A stretch of 64,000 bases of DNA, taken from contig DATHMF010000106.1 of NCBI GenBank assembly GCA_035487355.1, positions 37,173 to 101,172 of the forward strand. Direction: 5' to 3'. Every line of letters starts with the position of its first letter. Positions within the stretch are counted from its first letter, which is position 1. The translations under genes and the position numbers were made by a program. This document shows positions 32,236 through 40,971 of the stretch, piece after piece. The stretch is from Terriglobales bacterium. GTDB lineage: Bacteria > Acidobacteriota > Terriglobia > Terriglobales > Acidobacteriaceae. Below the pieces are notes generated by a model. The model searched no databases and was not told the DNA's origin. It worked only from the letters and a program-made list of their open reading frames with translations.

Positions 32236-33249
32236 ATGAAATCCATCATCGCAATCCTTCTCTTTCCTGCCATTGCCTGCGCGCAGTCCGTAACCGGCGA
32301 GCCCCGGGTGGTGCGTTACCAGCTCAAACCCAGCGAGCTTAAATATACCTATGCGGCGTCGTATGCTCCAGTCGCGCGGCTGAAATCCGGCGACATTCTG
32401 GAAACTAATACCGTGGATTGCTTCGGCAATGCTATCCAGAAGCCGGGAGACACGTTGAGCATGGCTAAGGGAGATAATCCGCTCACCGGTCCTTTTTTTA
32501 TTGAGGGCGCAGAGCCGGGAGACACTCTGGCCATCAAGATCCTCTCTCTTGAAGTGGACGGCAATCAGGGAGTCGGCGCGCTGGCGCCTGGCTTTGGCGC
32601 CATCAACTCCACCAACTACACGCCCATGCTGAATCCTCCGATCAAAGAAAAGATCTGGTTCTATCCCATCGACCACGCCGGCAACACCGCAACCTTTCAG
32701 GCGCTGGATTCCAAGTACACGGTGAAGATTCCGCTGCATCCTTTCTTCGGCTGCATTGGCGTGGCTCCTGCGGGAGGCGAAGCCCGCAGCTCCGTGGTTC
32801 CCGAAGCTTTTGGCGGCAACATGGATTCCCCCGAAGCCAGCGTGGGCAACACCGTCTACTTTCCTGTGAACGTCTCCGGAGCAATGTTGTTTCTGGGCGA
32901 CGGTCATGCCGCCATGGGCGACGGCGAGGTCGCGGGCACGGCCATTGAAGTGCCGCTGCGCTCGCGCGTGCAGGTGCGCGTGATCAAAGGCCAGACTATC
33001 AATTGGCCGCGCTTTGAGAATGACGACTACATCATGACCGTCGGTGCCTACCGTCCGCTGGACGATGCTTTGCGTATCGCTTTTACCGAGCTGGTCGGTT
33101 GGATCCACAAAGACTACGGGCTCTCTGAGATGGATGCTTACGAGCTGCTGTCAAAAGTTGCCGAGATCCACCTGAACGAGATGGTTGATCCCAACTACGT
33201 TGTCGTGGCCAAAATCAATAAGAAGTTTTTGCCAAATCCGGCGAAGTAA
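32236..33249 (+). CDS. Secreted acetamidase/formamidase-family protein (FmdA_AmdA), paralog 1
   Basis: Signal peptide MKSIIAILLFPAIACAQS. Family segments are NPLTGPFFIEGAEPGDTLAIKI, HPFFGCIGVAP, GGNMD and LFLGDGHAAMGDGEV. Confidence 0.85.
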   Translation: MKSIIAILLFPAIACAQSVTGEPRVVRYQLKPSELKYTYAASYAPVARLKSGDILETNTVDCFGNAIQKPGDTLSMAKGDNPLTGPFFIEGAEPGDTLAIKILSLEVDGNQGVGALAPGFGAINSTNYTPMLNPPIKEKIWFYPIDHAGNTATFQALDSKYTVKIPLHPFFGCIGVAPAGGEARSSVVPEAFGGNMDSPEASVGNTVYFPVNVSGAMLFLGDGHAAMGDGEVAGTAIEVPLRSRVQVRVIKGQTINWPRFENDDYIMTVGAYRPLDDALRIAFTELVGWIHKDYGLSEMDAYELLSKVAEIHLNEMVDPNYVVVAKINKKFLPNPAK

Positions 33250-33332
33250 AAGTTGATCGAGGTCTTGCCGAATGAAGTCTTATCGGAAGACGGTTCCACA
33301 ACATTTTTAACCCTAAAAAATTTGGGAGGCAC

Positions 33333-34388
33333 ATGCGTCAAACTATCCTTCTCGCTTTTCTGCTGGCATCTTCGGTTTTCTTGTTTGCGCAGTCGCAACC
33401 GCCGGCATCTTCTTCCAGCACTCCTTCCGGTACTCCGCAAACCTTCAAGCTGTCAGCCACTCCCAAAACTGTCGCCTGGGGATACTACGACGCTGCGGCC
33501 CCGCCGGTGCTGCATATCCACTCGGGCGACACCGTGGTGTTTGACACACTCCTCACCAACAGCCCAACCGGGCTGGAGCGGGCAGGAGTGCCCCCAGAAC
33601 AAGTACAGCAGAACCTGCGCGATATTTATAAAGAGGTCACCAACAAAGGACCGGGCGGACACATTCTCAACGGTCCGGTTTACGTTGAAGAAGCCGAACC
33701 GGGCGATACCCTGGAGGTACGCATCCAGAAGATCGAGTTGGCCATTCCATATGCCTACAACGGATTCGGCCCTAATCGCGGATTTCTGCCGGAAGATTTT
33801 CCCTATCGCAAGATAAAGATCATTCCTTTGGACAAGGAGCGCATGGTAGCGACATTCGCTCCGGGAATCGAGATCCCGCTGCATCCCTTTTTCGGCAGCA
33901 TGGGCGTGGCTCCGCCGGAATCCTTCGGACGCATTGACAGCGCTCCGCCGGGAGTCCACGCCGGCAACATGGACAACAAAGAACTGGTGGCAGGGACCAC
34001 GCTTTACCTCCCTGTGCACGCGCGCGGGGCGCTGTTTGAAGTAGGCGATGGCCACGCGGGACAGGGCAACGGCGAAGTGGATATCACAGCCATGGAGACG
34101 TCGCTCGTAGGCACGCTGCAGTTCATCGTGCACAAGGGGACCAACCAGAAATATCCGCGCGCAGAAACGCCTACGCATTACATCAGCATGGGGTTCCACC
34201 AGGAGCTATACGAAGCTACCCGCATCGCCGTGCGCGAGATGATTGATTTTCTGATGGCTGAAAAACATCTCAGTCACGATGATGCTTACATGCTGACCAG
34301 TGTGGCAGGTGACGTTGACATCACCGAATTGGTTGATGGCAACAAGGGTGTACACGTCATGATGCCCAAAGCGCTCTTTACAAAATAG
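33333..34388 (+). CDS. Secreted acetamidase/formamidase-family protein, paralog 2
   Basis: Signal peptide MRQTILLAFLLASSVFLFAQS. Family segments are HILNGPVYVEEAEPGDTLEVRI, HPFFGSMGVAP, AGNMD and LFEVGDGHAGQGNGEV. Confidence 0.85.
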   Translation: MRQTILLAFLLASSVFLFAQSQPPASSSSTPSGTPQTFKLSATPKTVAWGYYDAAAPPVLHIHSGDTVVFDTLLTNSPTGLERAGVPPEQVQQNLRDIYKEVTNKGPGGHILNGPVYVEEAEPGDTLEVRIQKIELAIPYAYNGFGPNRGFLPEDFPYRKIKIIPLDKERMVATFAPGIEIPLHPFFGSMGVAPPESFGRIDSAPPGVHAGNMDNKELVAGTTLYLPVHARGALFEVGDGHAGQGNGEVDITAMETSLVGTLQFIVHKGTNQKYPRAETPTHYISMGFHQELYEATRIAVREMIDFLMAEKHLSHDDAYMLTSVAGDVDITELVDGNKGVHVMMPKALFTK

Positions 34389-34463
34389 GGGGAATAAAAG
34401 CGTCCGCTGCGCCGAAGCGTACTCCGAGGATTTCGTATCCGTCTCCCTGTTTGCTGGGCTCCG

Positions 34464-36326
34464 CTATGGAGTAGGCGCAATAGGCTTAATGATCTCATCC
34501 AGCAAATTCGGTTGTGCGTCGTTCCGAACCAGGTGAGGATAGCGAATGCCATCATGATAGTTCACCTGAAACGTGCTGTAATATTCCCCATTTTCCACCA
34601 GCAGGGCAATCGGCTGCTGGCTGTTGACGGAACGGCGTAGGGCGGTGCGCATCACGTCCTTGGAATACTTGCGCCCATTCACTCCTAGCAGCTTCATTCC
34701 CGCGCCCACGCCCGCGGCATAAGCTGGAGACCCTGGAATCACATCCAGCAGTTCGCCCTCTTTGGAAATAATCATTCCTAGAGAGAAGCTCAGGTCAAGG
34801 TTTTCGCTGACTTTTTGGCGGGCTTCCATGGTCGTATTTTTTTCTTCCGTATAGACCAGCTTCCAGCCCCCATTCTCGATGCCGCCCAGCGGCGCATAAG
34901 CAGACTTTGAATCCAGCCGCTGGCGCAGAAATCCCGCCCAGTCATAGGGAGTCACCTGATTGAGCGCAGCCACAACATCCTCGAACTTGTACGGTACGAC
35001 AGTGGGCGGGCCGCTTTGGCCACCGTAGAAGAGGCGGCAGAAATCATTGAGTGATTTCTGCGAGTGCGTCTGCTGGCGGATGAGCGTATCCACTTCCAGC
35101 CAGATCAGGAAACCCTCAGGATAGTAGTCGGCAGAGCGCCGCCAATTCTGCCATTCAGGCACAGAGCCATACAGAATTTGCACGGATGTCGCCGTATCCT
35201 GCAAAGGACGCCACGTGCGCCCAGCGCGATGATCCAGCATGGCCGCGGTGTAGGCTGCGCTCTCCCGCCATTGTTCCGGCGAGCGTAATCCGATGCGCGC
35301 TGACAGAATGTCCCCAAGGTAATCCGTAAGCCCCTCGTAAACCCACAGCAGGTCGCCTTTCATCGGCTCCTGGTAGTTGGGAGTGACCAGCCCGGCCGGG
35401 CGGCGATACTTGCCGTTCCACGAGTGCACAAATTCGTGCGGAAGCAGATCGGCTTCAAGGTTGTGCCGGTCTGGATCGCTGAAGTTTTCTTCCGAAGCGC
35501 CGTTGTCGCTGGATTCGTGGTGCTCCAATCCATGATGCGCGGTCTGGTCGCTGAGCGTCAGCAGAAAGTGGTATTTCTCGTAATGGCGTGCGCCAAAAAG
35601 TTTCGCGGTCTCTGCCACCAGTTGCTTGTAGCTGGCCAGGTCTTTGTCCGTGATCTCGACCGAGGCTTCGCTCTCGCCCACCATATCAATCACGTGCAGA
35701 GGCGTTTCACCCGGCTTGCTGAGCTGAACCTGGCGGTAAATCGCTCCCGCGATCAGCGGAGAATCCACCAACCGGGTGAGTGAAACCTGCAGAAAATCCA
35801 CGGAACTGCCAGACTGCTCAAGCGGCGTGAGCGCAGTGCCGAACTTCCAGCCATCGGGCAGCAGAATTGAGGCTGCCACCTGAACGTCATCGGTAGCTGC
35901 TCCCTGCGGATACAGCACCACCTGATTCCAGAGCAGGTCAAGCACCTTGGAGGAAGCCGCTGAGTTCTTGCCGTTGTAAGTCACGGTGTCGTACGCAGCT
36001 TCCACTTCGCGGACACCGGCAGGCACCTGCAGATGGAAGGCATACATATCCACCAGATCGCGCTGCCATTCCAATTCCTGACCTTTCGCCTTGATGTGAA
36101 GTCCCATCAGGTTCTGGATGGGCCCGGTTGGGCGGTGGTTCCCGGGAATCCATTTGGGATAGACCAACGTTACGTCTCCGGCATTGACCGGGATGGTTAT
36201 GGTGGAATGCAGAATGTTGCGCGGAGCGTCCGTGGCATCAACCTTCAGGCGTTCAGTGATCGTGTTCTGCCCGGCGGCGAGGGACGCGCACAAAAGCAGA
36301 ACGGCCCCGAAATAGCGGTTTCTCAT
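34464..36326 (-). CDS. M61-family metallopeptidase (glycyl aminopeptidase-like) with a C-terminal PDZ domain
   Basis: Signal peptide. The motif HEFVHSWNGKYRRP matches the HExxH context of M61. A PDZ-like segment reads VIPGSPAYAAGVGAGMKLLGVNG. Confidence 0.85.
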   Translation of the reverse strand: MRNRYFGAVLLLCASLAAGQNTITERLKVDATDAPRNILHSTITIPVNAGDVTLVYPKWIPGNHRPTGPIQNLMGLHIKAKGQELEWQRDLVDMYAFHLQVPAGVREVEAAYDTVTYNGKNSAASSKVLDLLWNQVVLYPQGAATDDVQVAASILLPDGWKFGTALTPLEQSGSSVDFLQVSLTRLVDSPLIAGAIYRQVQLSKPGETPLHVIDMVGESEASVEITDKDLASYKQLVAETAKLFGARHYEKYHFLLTLSDQTAHHGLEHHESSDNGASEENFSDPDRHNLEADLLPHEFVHSWNGKYRRPAGLVTPNYQEPMKGDLLWVYEGLTDYLGDILSARIGLRSPEQWRESAAYTAAMLDHRAGRTWRPLQDTATSVQILYGSVPEWQNWRRSADYYPEGFLIWLEVDTLIRQQTHSQKSLNDFCRLFYGGQSGPPTVVPYKFEDVVAALNQVTPYDWAGFLRQRLDSKSAYAPLGGIENGGWKLVYTEEKNTTMEARQKVSENLDLSFSLGMIISKEGELLDVIPGSPAYAAGVGAGMKLLGVNGRKYSKDVMRTALRRSVNSQQPIALLVENGEYYSTFQVNYHDGIRYPHLVRNDAQPNLLDEIIKPIAPTP

Positions 36327-36521
36327 ATTTTCTCCAGGTGGTCTGTCTGACTCACACGTTCCAGAGTCTCCAAGTATGTGAAACCAGTAATGCTACTCGT
36401 TTGGCGGAATGCAGTAAAATCTGCCGGCGCGGCGCGGGGCGACCAGCGAAGAAAATTTCTACCTGAATCTTTTGTTAGGAGTAGGCTACAGGTGCGATAA
36501 TTTCGCAAGAGGATACGATCC

Positions 36522-37082
36522 ATGAATCGAAGAACTGCTCTCCTCGCACTGTGGATGCTGGTGCTCGCCGCTTTGCCAGTCGGCCGGCTGTCGGCACAAG
36601 CTGACAAGAAAGACGTTCCGGAACCGTCAATCAAGGTCGGGGATGAAGCTCCCGATTTTACCTTGGTCGATCAGAACGGTAACAAGATCACGCTCAGCAG
36701 CTTTCGCGGCAAGAAGAACGTTGCGCTCGCGTTTTACATCTTCGCCTTCACCGGTGGTTGAACCAAACAGATGCAGAACTTCCAGCAGAACCTCGAAAAG
36801 CTGGAAGCTGCAGACACCCAAGTCTTGGGTGTGAGCATGGATAGCCCTTTCAGCAATAAGGCGTGGGCAGACCAGATCAAAATAACTTTTCCGCTATTGA
36901 GTGATTGGGGAGGAGAAACCGTTCGCAAGTATGGTGTCTATAACCCCAAATACAAAGCTGCGCGCCGCGTAAATTACGTGATTGACAAACAAGGCAAAGT
37001 CATTGAAATGCAAGTGGACAGCGAGGCCATTGATCCCACGAAGATCGTGACCCTCTGTGAGCGCAGAACGCATAAGCAATAA
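36522..37082 (+). CDS. Secreted PrxQ/BCP-type peroxiredoxin with in-frame UGA (36759-36761) at the peroxidatic Cys position; probable selenoprotein
   Basis: Track ORFs 36522..36761 and 36771..37082 are in the same frame and separated only by TGA ACC AAA CAG. The joined sequence ...VALAFYIFAFTGG[U]TKQMQNF...VLGVSMDSPFSNKAW...FPLLSDWGGE...YGV matches FYP..FT.GCT.E peroxiredoxin architecture. A signal peptide is present at the N-terminus. Confidence 0.75.
36773..36811 (+). promoter_or_regulatory. Candidate bacterial SECIS element
   Basis: The hairpin is GCAG-AA-CTTCCAGC [13-nt loop AGAACCTCGAAAA] GCTGGAAG-CTGC. That gives 12 paired positions with an AA bulge, starting 12 nt after the UGA. Confidence 0.55.
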
Positions 37083-37132
37083 ACGCGAGAGCCGAGTAGC
37101 GAAGCCCTGAGCGCAAACCAAGGAACAGCGTT

Positions 37133-37226
37133 GCGGAGTCCTTAGAAACGGGTGAGCGAAAAGTGAGCGCCGTACAGCGCGAACTTTTCGCGAGGGCGCA
37201 GCGGCTTGCCGCGGAGCCCTTAGAAA
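37133..37226 (+). repeat. Interspersed repeat of about 95 nt, copy A (GCGGAGYCCTYAGA..AAACGGGTGAG..AAAAGTGAGCGCCGT..GCGCGAACTTTTCGCGAGGGC..GCGGAGCCCT)
   Basis: It is near-identical in blocks to 39213-39317 in the same orientation. It contains the internal imperfect palindrome GCGAAAAGTGAGCGC / GCGCGAACTTTTCGC. Its 3' end supplies the TAA stop (37220-37222, minus strand) of the adjacent gene. Confidence 0.8.
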
Positions 37227-38842
37227 GATGCCGCTGGAATAATCTTAAGTTGAATACTCCGGCTGCTATTCTCCTCCAGGCTCACCAGCTCCCCCTGGTC
37301 TTCGAAGCGTTTCAGGAACTCCGGGTCCTGATATGCACCGGTATCTATTCCTTGCCAGGCAAACAGTTTGTAGTCTCCCGGAGTAATGCCTTCCAGGCTG
37401 AAGCCGCCCGCTGAATTTGTGGTTGTGCTCTTGTAAAGATCGCCTCGCTGGCGCTGTGCCGGAACCAGCACAACCAGGGCGCCGCCGCTGGGCAGTTGCT
37501 TATCGTTCACGACTACACCCGAAACCTGCGCGGCTGCGGTGCTCACGAGAATGCTAAATGCACCGCCAGCACCACGGGTAAGGTCAATTTCCGATGGAAA
37601 AAACTCCTGTTCGCCGACGCGCACCGATTTCACGTAGCTGTTCCGGGGCAGGCCGCTCACGGAGAGCACGTAAGTGTTCGGTACGACGTTGGTGATTGAG
37701 AATGCGCCGTCCCTGCCTACCGGGCTGGCCTCTGCCCCACCTTCATCATGCGACTGCAGAGCCACGCCTATGTGGGAGAGGTCCAACGCACTCTGCCCGT
37801 CTACGCGCACGTGGCCATACAGGTCCACTCCTGGGCTGAGTGCCAGCGCAATATCCGGCACTCCGGCACCGGTCACGGCAAGTTGCTGCCTCGCGGAAAG
37901 CGGCCGGGACCCGCCAAAAGCGCTGGCCGCCAGTACGTATGTGCCCGGAGCGACGCCGTGGATTTCAAATTTGCCGGTTTCGTCATGGTACTCCGCATCC
38001 TGCCGGATAAACTTGAGCGGAAGAGTGGAATCACGCGGCACCAGCGAGACCCTGACGGAATTGCCAGCAGGTGGATTCAGGATGGTTCCACTGATGGTGA
38101 CCCGGCGCGCCTTGGTAGCCATAATATCAATATTGCTGAGCGTGCTGCCCGCGGTCAGTTCCAGAGGCGTGGCGTTGCCCAGGTCGGTTGCATCCTGGTA
38201 ATAAATCAACCCAGAATCTTCGTCCGTTGGCTGCGTGCCTGCCGGCATGAAACTGGGGATCGTGGCGGCAATGTAGTATCGCCCTGCCGGCAGGTCGTAG
38301 AGCCGGTACTCGCCCAAATCATTGGTCTTTATCTTGCCGAGTCTTTCAATTTCGCGCTTACCGTTCGAGAAGAACGAGCGAATGGCAGAGACAATCGCAT
38401 CCGGCACGGCATCGCCATCAGCGTCGAGTACCCGGCCTGCGATCACACCCAACGGAACCACTTTCACCGTGAGGTCGAGCTTTTGCTCGCTCGCCAGGCT
38501 AAAGACGGTGCCGAGCCCGCTGGCCCCCGGCGCTCCATATTGTGTGTAAGCAAATCCACTCCGTTGTACTGCTAAACGATAGTTGCCGGGTGCGACGGCA
38601 TCGAATGAGAAATGGCCATCCGCATCGGTGTTGGCAACAAAAGATGGTGCGGCGTCTTCGTCGGTTTCACTGGCCTCCGCCTTGCTCAGCGCCACGTGGG
38701 CCTTCTTAACGGGCTCGCCCGTGGTCGCGTTCAGTACCCGGCCAGTCACGACCGCCTTTTTGGGCGGATCCGCGCTCTGTGCGAGTGAATAGGGCAGCGC
38801 AAGCGACAGTAATGAAAGATAAAAAAATAATCTAAGTTTCAT
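37220..38842 (-). CDS. Secreted carboxypeptidase-regulatory-like (CarboxypepD_reg / prealbumin-fold) repeat protein
   Basis: The start is at MKLRLFFYLSLLSLALPYSLAQ. Repeated units of the type VTGRVLNATTGEPVKKAHVAL...PGNYRLAVQRSGF, IAGRVLDADGDAV and VSGVVVNDKQLP...PGDYKLFAW are present. Confidence 0.8.
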   Translation of the reverse strand: MKLRLFFYLSLLSLALPYSLAQSADPPKKAVVTGRVLNATTGEPVKKAHVALSKAEASETDEDAAPSFVANTDADGHFSFDAVAPGNYRLAVQRSGFAYTQYGAPGASGLGTVFSLASEQKLDLTVKVVPLGVIAGRVLDADGDAVPDAIVSAIRSFFSNGKREIERLGKIKTNDLGEYRLYDLPAGRYYIAATIPSFMPAGTQPTDEDSGLIYYQDATDLGNATPLELTAGSTLSNIDIMATKARRVTISGTILNPPAGNSVRVSLVPRDSTLPLKFIRQDAEYHDETGKFEIHGVAPGTYVLAASAFGGSRPLSARQQLAVTGAGVPDIALALSPGVDLYGHVRVDGQSALDLSHIGVALQSHDEGGAEASPVGRDGAFSITNVVPNTYVLSVSGLPRNSYVKSVRVGEQEFFPSEIDLTRGAGGAFSILVSTAAAQVSGVVVNDKQLPSGGALVVLVPAQRQRGDLYKSTTTNSAGGFSLEGITPGDYKLFAWQGIDTGAYQDPEFLKRFEDQGELVSLEENSSRSIQLKIIPAASF

Positions 38843-39212
38843 GATCGGGTATTGAATCTCTATTATTTTAGCCTCGCGAGTCGGAGTCCGCAGCAATCCC
38901 GGTGTTGGTTTGATGCAGTAAAGAGGACGTAGCAGCCCTGTTTTGACTGAAGAAAATCACATTTAAATTGCACAGCTAGTTCCATAAACAGTTTTCGGAA
39001 GGGCACGGCTGCTAGCCTATGGCTTTAGCCATGGGTGAGCGAAGCGAAGAGTGCCATTTAGAGCCTTTAAAAATGCGGACTTTAGCACCTGAAGTTTTTC
39101 AAAATTCACCACAGAGATCACATCCCGCAAGTTTCTTGAATCGTTGGTTCTAAAAAAACGCCCGGGGCCGTCGGCCACGGCCCCGGCGCGCGGGCATAGA
39201 AGCCTGATGTCG

Positions 39213-39317
39213 GCGGAGCCCTCAGAGAAACGGGTGAGTAAAAAGTGAGCGCCGTGCTGCGCGAACTTTTCGCGAGGGCACAGCAGCCCTCCTTTGGCTG
39301 CGGAGCCCTCCAATAGA
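39213..39317 (+). repeat. Interspersed repeat of about 95-105 nt, copy B
   Basis: See copy A. A third partial unit (GGGTGAGCGAAGCGAAGAGTGCC) lies at 39033-39055. Confidence 0.8.
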
Positions 39318-39441
39318 AGCCGAAAACCAAGTGGGTGAAAACGAGCCGCCAGGGTTCCTTACTCCACGAACCCTGAAAAACTAAGGAGGCGCGCGGTACA
39401 ACGTGATCACCCACCTCGGATGCGCTACAACTCCAGTGACA

Positions 39442-40029
39442 CTACCGGTTGCACTTGTTGCCCGTTGTAAAGATCCGCGAAGTGTTGACCGGCAAACCCG
39501 CAGGAGGGTCAACGATAATGTGGACATTGGTCAGCGTCAGCTTATCTTCGCAAGCGGTTACTTTGCCGCCGGCGCCGCTCTTGGGTCCTTCCATCCATCC
39601 ATCAAACTCGTTGATTCCGGCCTTCAGCTCGCCGTCGCAGCCCACTCCCTGAACGGGAATGCCGCCTGGACCTGAACTGGTGCAGTCATCTTCCATAATG
39701 AAGTAATCCTGGATCGGAGCGGGAATGTAGATTTTCTTTCCCGGCTTCATCACGTTCTGCACCTGCGGAGCTACGGCGAAGGTGATTGGATCTTGAAATG
39801 TACCCTTTCCGCCTGCGCCAGAGTGGATTACCGGATGAGCAATCGCTCTGCCCGGAGGAGAGTTATCAACCTGGGAGTACCACGTCAATAAATCCAAGGT
39901 GAAAGGTCCCTTTGAAGGGATGGCTTTTGCTTTTTTGTTGGCCGCTAGCGCGGACGAAACGAAGAGAACCACAGTAATGGCGCTGACCGTGAGCAGCGCC
40001 GCAAGTATACGTCGAGAGGCTGAGTGCAT
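39442..40029 (-). CDS. Secreted hypothetical protein (195 aa)
   Basis: Signal peptide RRILAALLTVSAITVVLFVSSALA. The mature part has Cys pairs and motifs GTFQDPITFA and YIPAPIQDYFIMEDDC. A double-psi-barrel/3D-like fold is only a guess. Confidence 0.6.
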   Translation of the reverse strand: MHSASRRILAALLTVSAITVVLFVSSALAANKKAKAIPSKGPFTLDLLTWYSQVDNSPPGRAIAHPVIHSGAGGKGTFQDPITFAVAPQVQNVMKPGKKIYIPAPIQDYFIMEDDCTSSGPGGIPVQGVGCDGELKAGINEFDGWMEGPKSGAGGKVTACEDKLTLTNVHIIVDPPAGLPVNTSRIFTTGNKCNR

Positions 40030-40086
40030 TCGAAGCTCCTTAGTCTTTTCCGAATTTCACTTCTGATTGCGATTTCACATTCTCTG

Positions 40087-40125
40087 GAACGTTTCATTTA
40101 GTAAAACGTTTAATTGAAACGTTTT
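40087..40125. promoter_or_regulatory. Three closely spaced AACGTT-core palindromes (candidate operator cluster)
   Basis: The units are GAACGTTTC (40087-40095), AAAACGTTT (40103-40111) and GAAACGTTTT (40116-40125). They lie 58-96 nt upstream of the start at 40029. Confidence 0.35.
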
Positions 40126-40230
40126 AATGTGGGCATAAGTATCCCTCAGATTTTTTCTTTGTCAAGAAAAAAAATTAACAGAACGCTAACAATAATGAAC
40201 CGTGATTTCATTGAAGCGTACTCAGGGGAA

Positions 40231-40971
40231 TCAGGAGGATTGCGCCGGCGCGGAAGCCGCCGCTTTCGCTCGAGCCCGCTCAACGGTGGCGTAGATGGCC
40301 CAGCCCAGGAGGACAACGCCCATGGGAAGCACCGTAAATTGCGATGCAATGAAAGTTGCCAGGCGGAAGCGGATGTCATCAGGCATGTGGGCCGCTCCTG
40401 AAACGAAAAGCGACAGCAGCGAGGCCAGCACTCCAATCATCAAGCCGCCTGCGTTAATCAGGCTGACGCGCCAGCCAGCGCGCAGTCCATACACCAGCAG
40501 GTTCAGCAATGACCCTGCTCCCAGCCATATCACTACAATGAGAAGTGCGCGGGTAACGTCAGATTCCGGCATCTCCATCTCCGGCATAATCATTTTCATG
40601 GCGATAAAAAAGCTGAGTGAAGCGGCGGGAGCTACAACAGTGATAGCTGTCCAGAGGGCGGGGAGCAGGTGGCACAAAAAGGCTTTCGCAGTCAGGCCAG
40701 CAGTCGAAGCATTCGCCACTTGGGCTTTGCGAATTTCTCGTGGAACAAAATAGAACCAAAGTGCCAGCGCCGCAAAGAAAAGGCCGATCGTGCTGATGGC
40801 TGGAGCGGCTTCCGTAAATGAGATGATGATCTCAAACGGACACCAGATCGCTAACAAGACCTTGAAGGTACTCCAGCCGCTTTGAAAAGCTTGCGGCCCA
40901 AGCAAAGCCGAAGGATTGCGCAAAGAGTAAGGATTGGCCATTGTCTGTCGTCCTGTGAAAAGTTTTATCAC
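40231..40971 (-). CDS. Polytopic membrane protein, unknown function (third gene of an orphan operon)
   Basis: It has about 6 hydrophobic helices. Its ATG overlaps the upstream stop (ATGA, 40968-40971). An alternative start is at 40941 (MANPYS). Confidence 0.6.
   Translation of the reverse strand: MIKLFTGRQTMANPYSLRNPSALLGPQAFQSGWSTFKVLLAIWCPFEIIISFTEAAPAISTIGLFFAALALWFYFVPREIRKAQVANASTAGLTAKAFLCHLLPALWTAITVVAPAASLSFFIAMKMIMPEMEMPESDVTRALLIVVIWLGAGSLLNLLVYGLRAGWRVSLINAGGLMIGVLASLLSLFVSGAAHMPDDIRFRLATFIASQFTVLPMGVVLLGWAIYATVERARAKAAASAPAQSS

Noticed and set aside
36759-36761. The TGA in the peroxiredoxin could be read as a simple nonsense mutation, making the gene a pseudogene.
   Set aside because: I consider this less likely. 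The stop replaces exactly the catalytic Cys codon, the rest of the frame is intact on both sides, and a stable hairpin sits at SECIS distance. It remains the alternative if the genome lacks selABCD.
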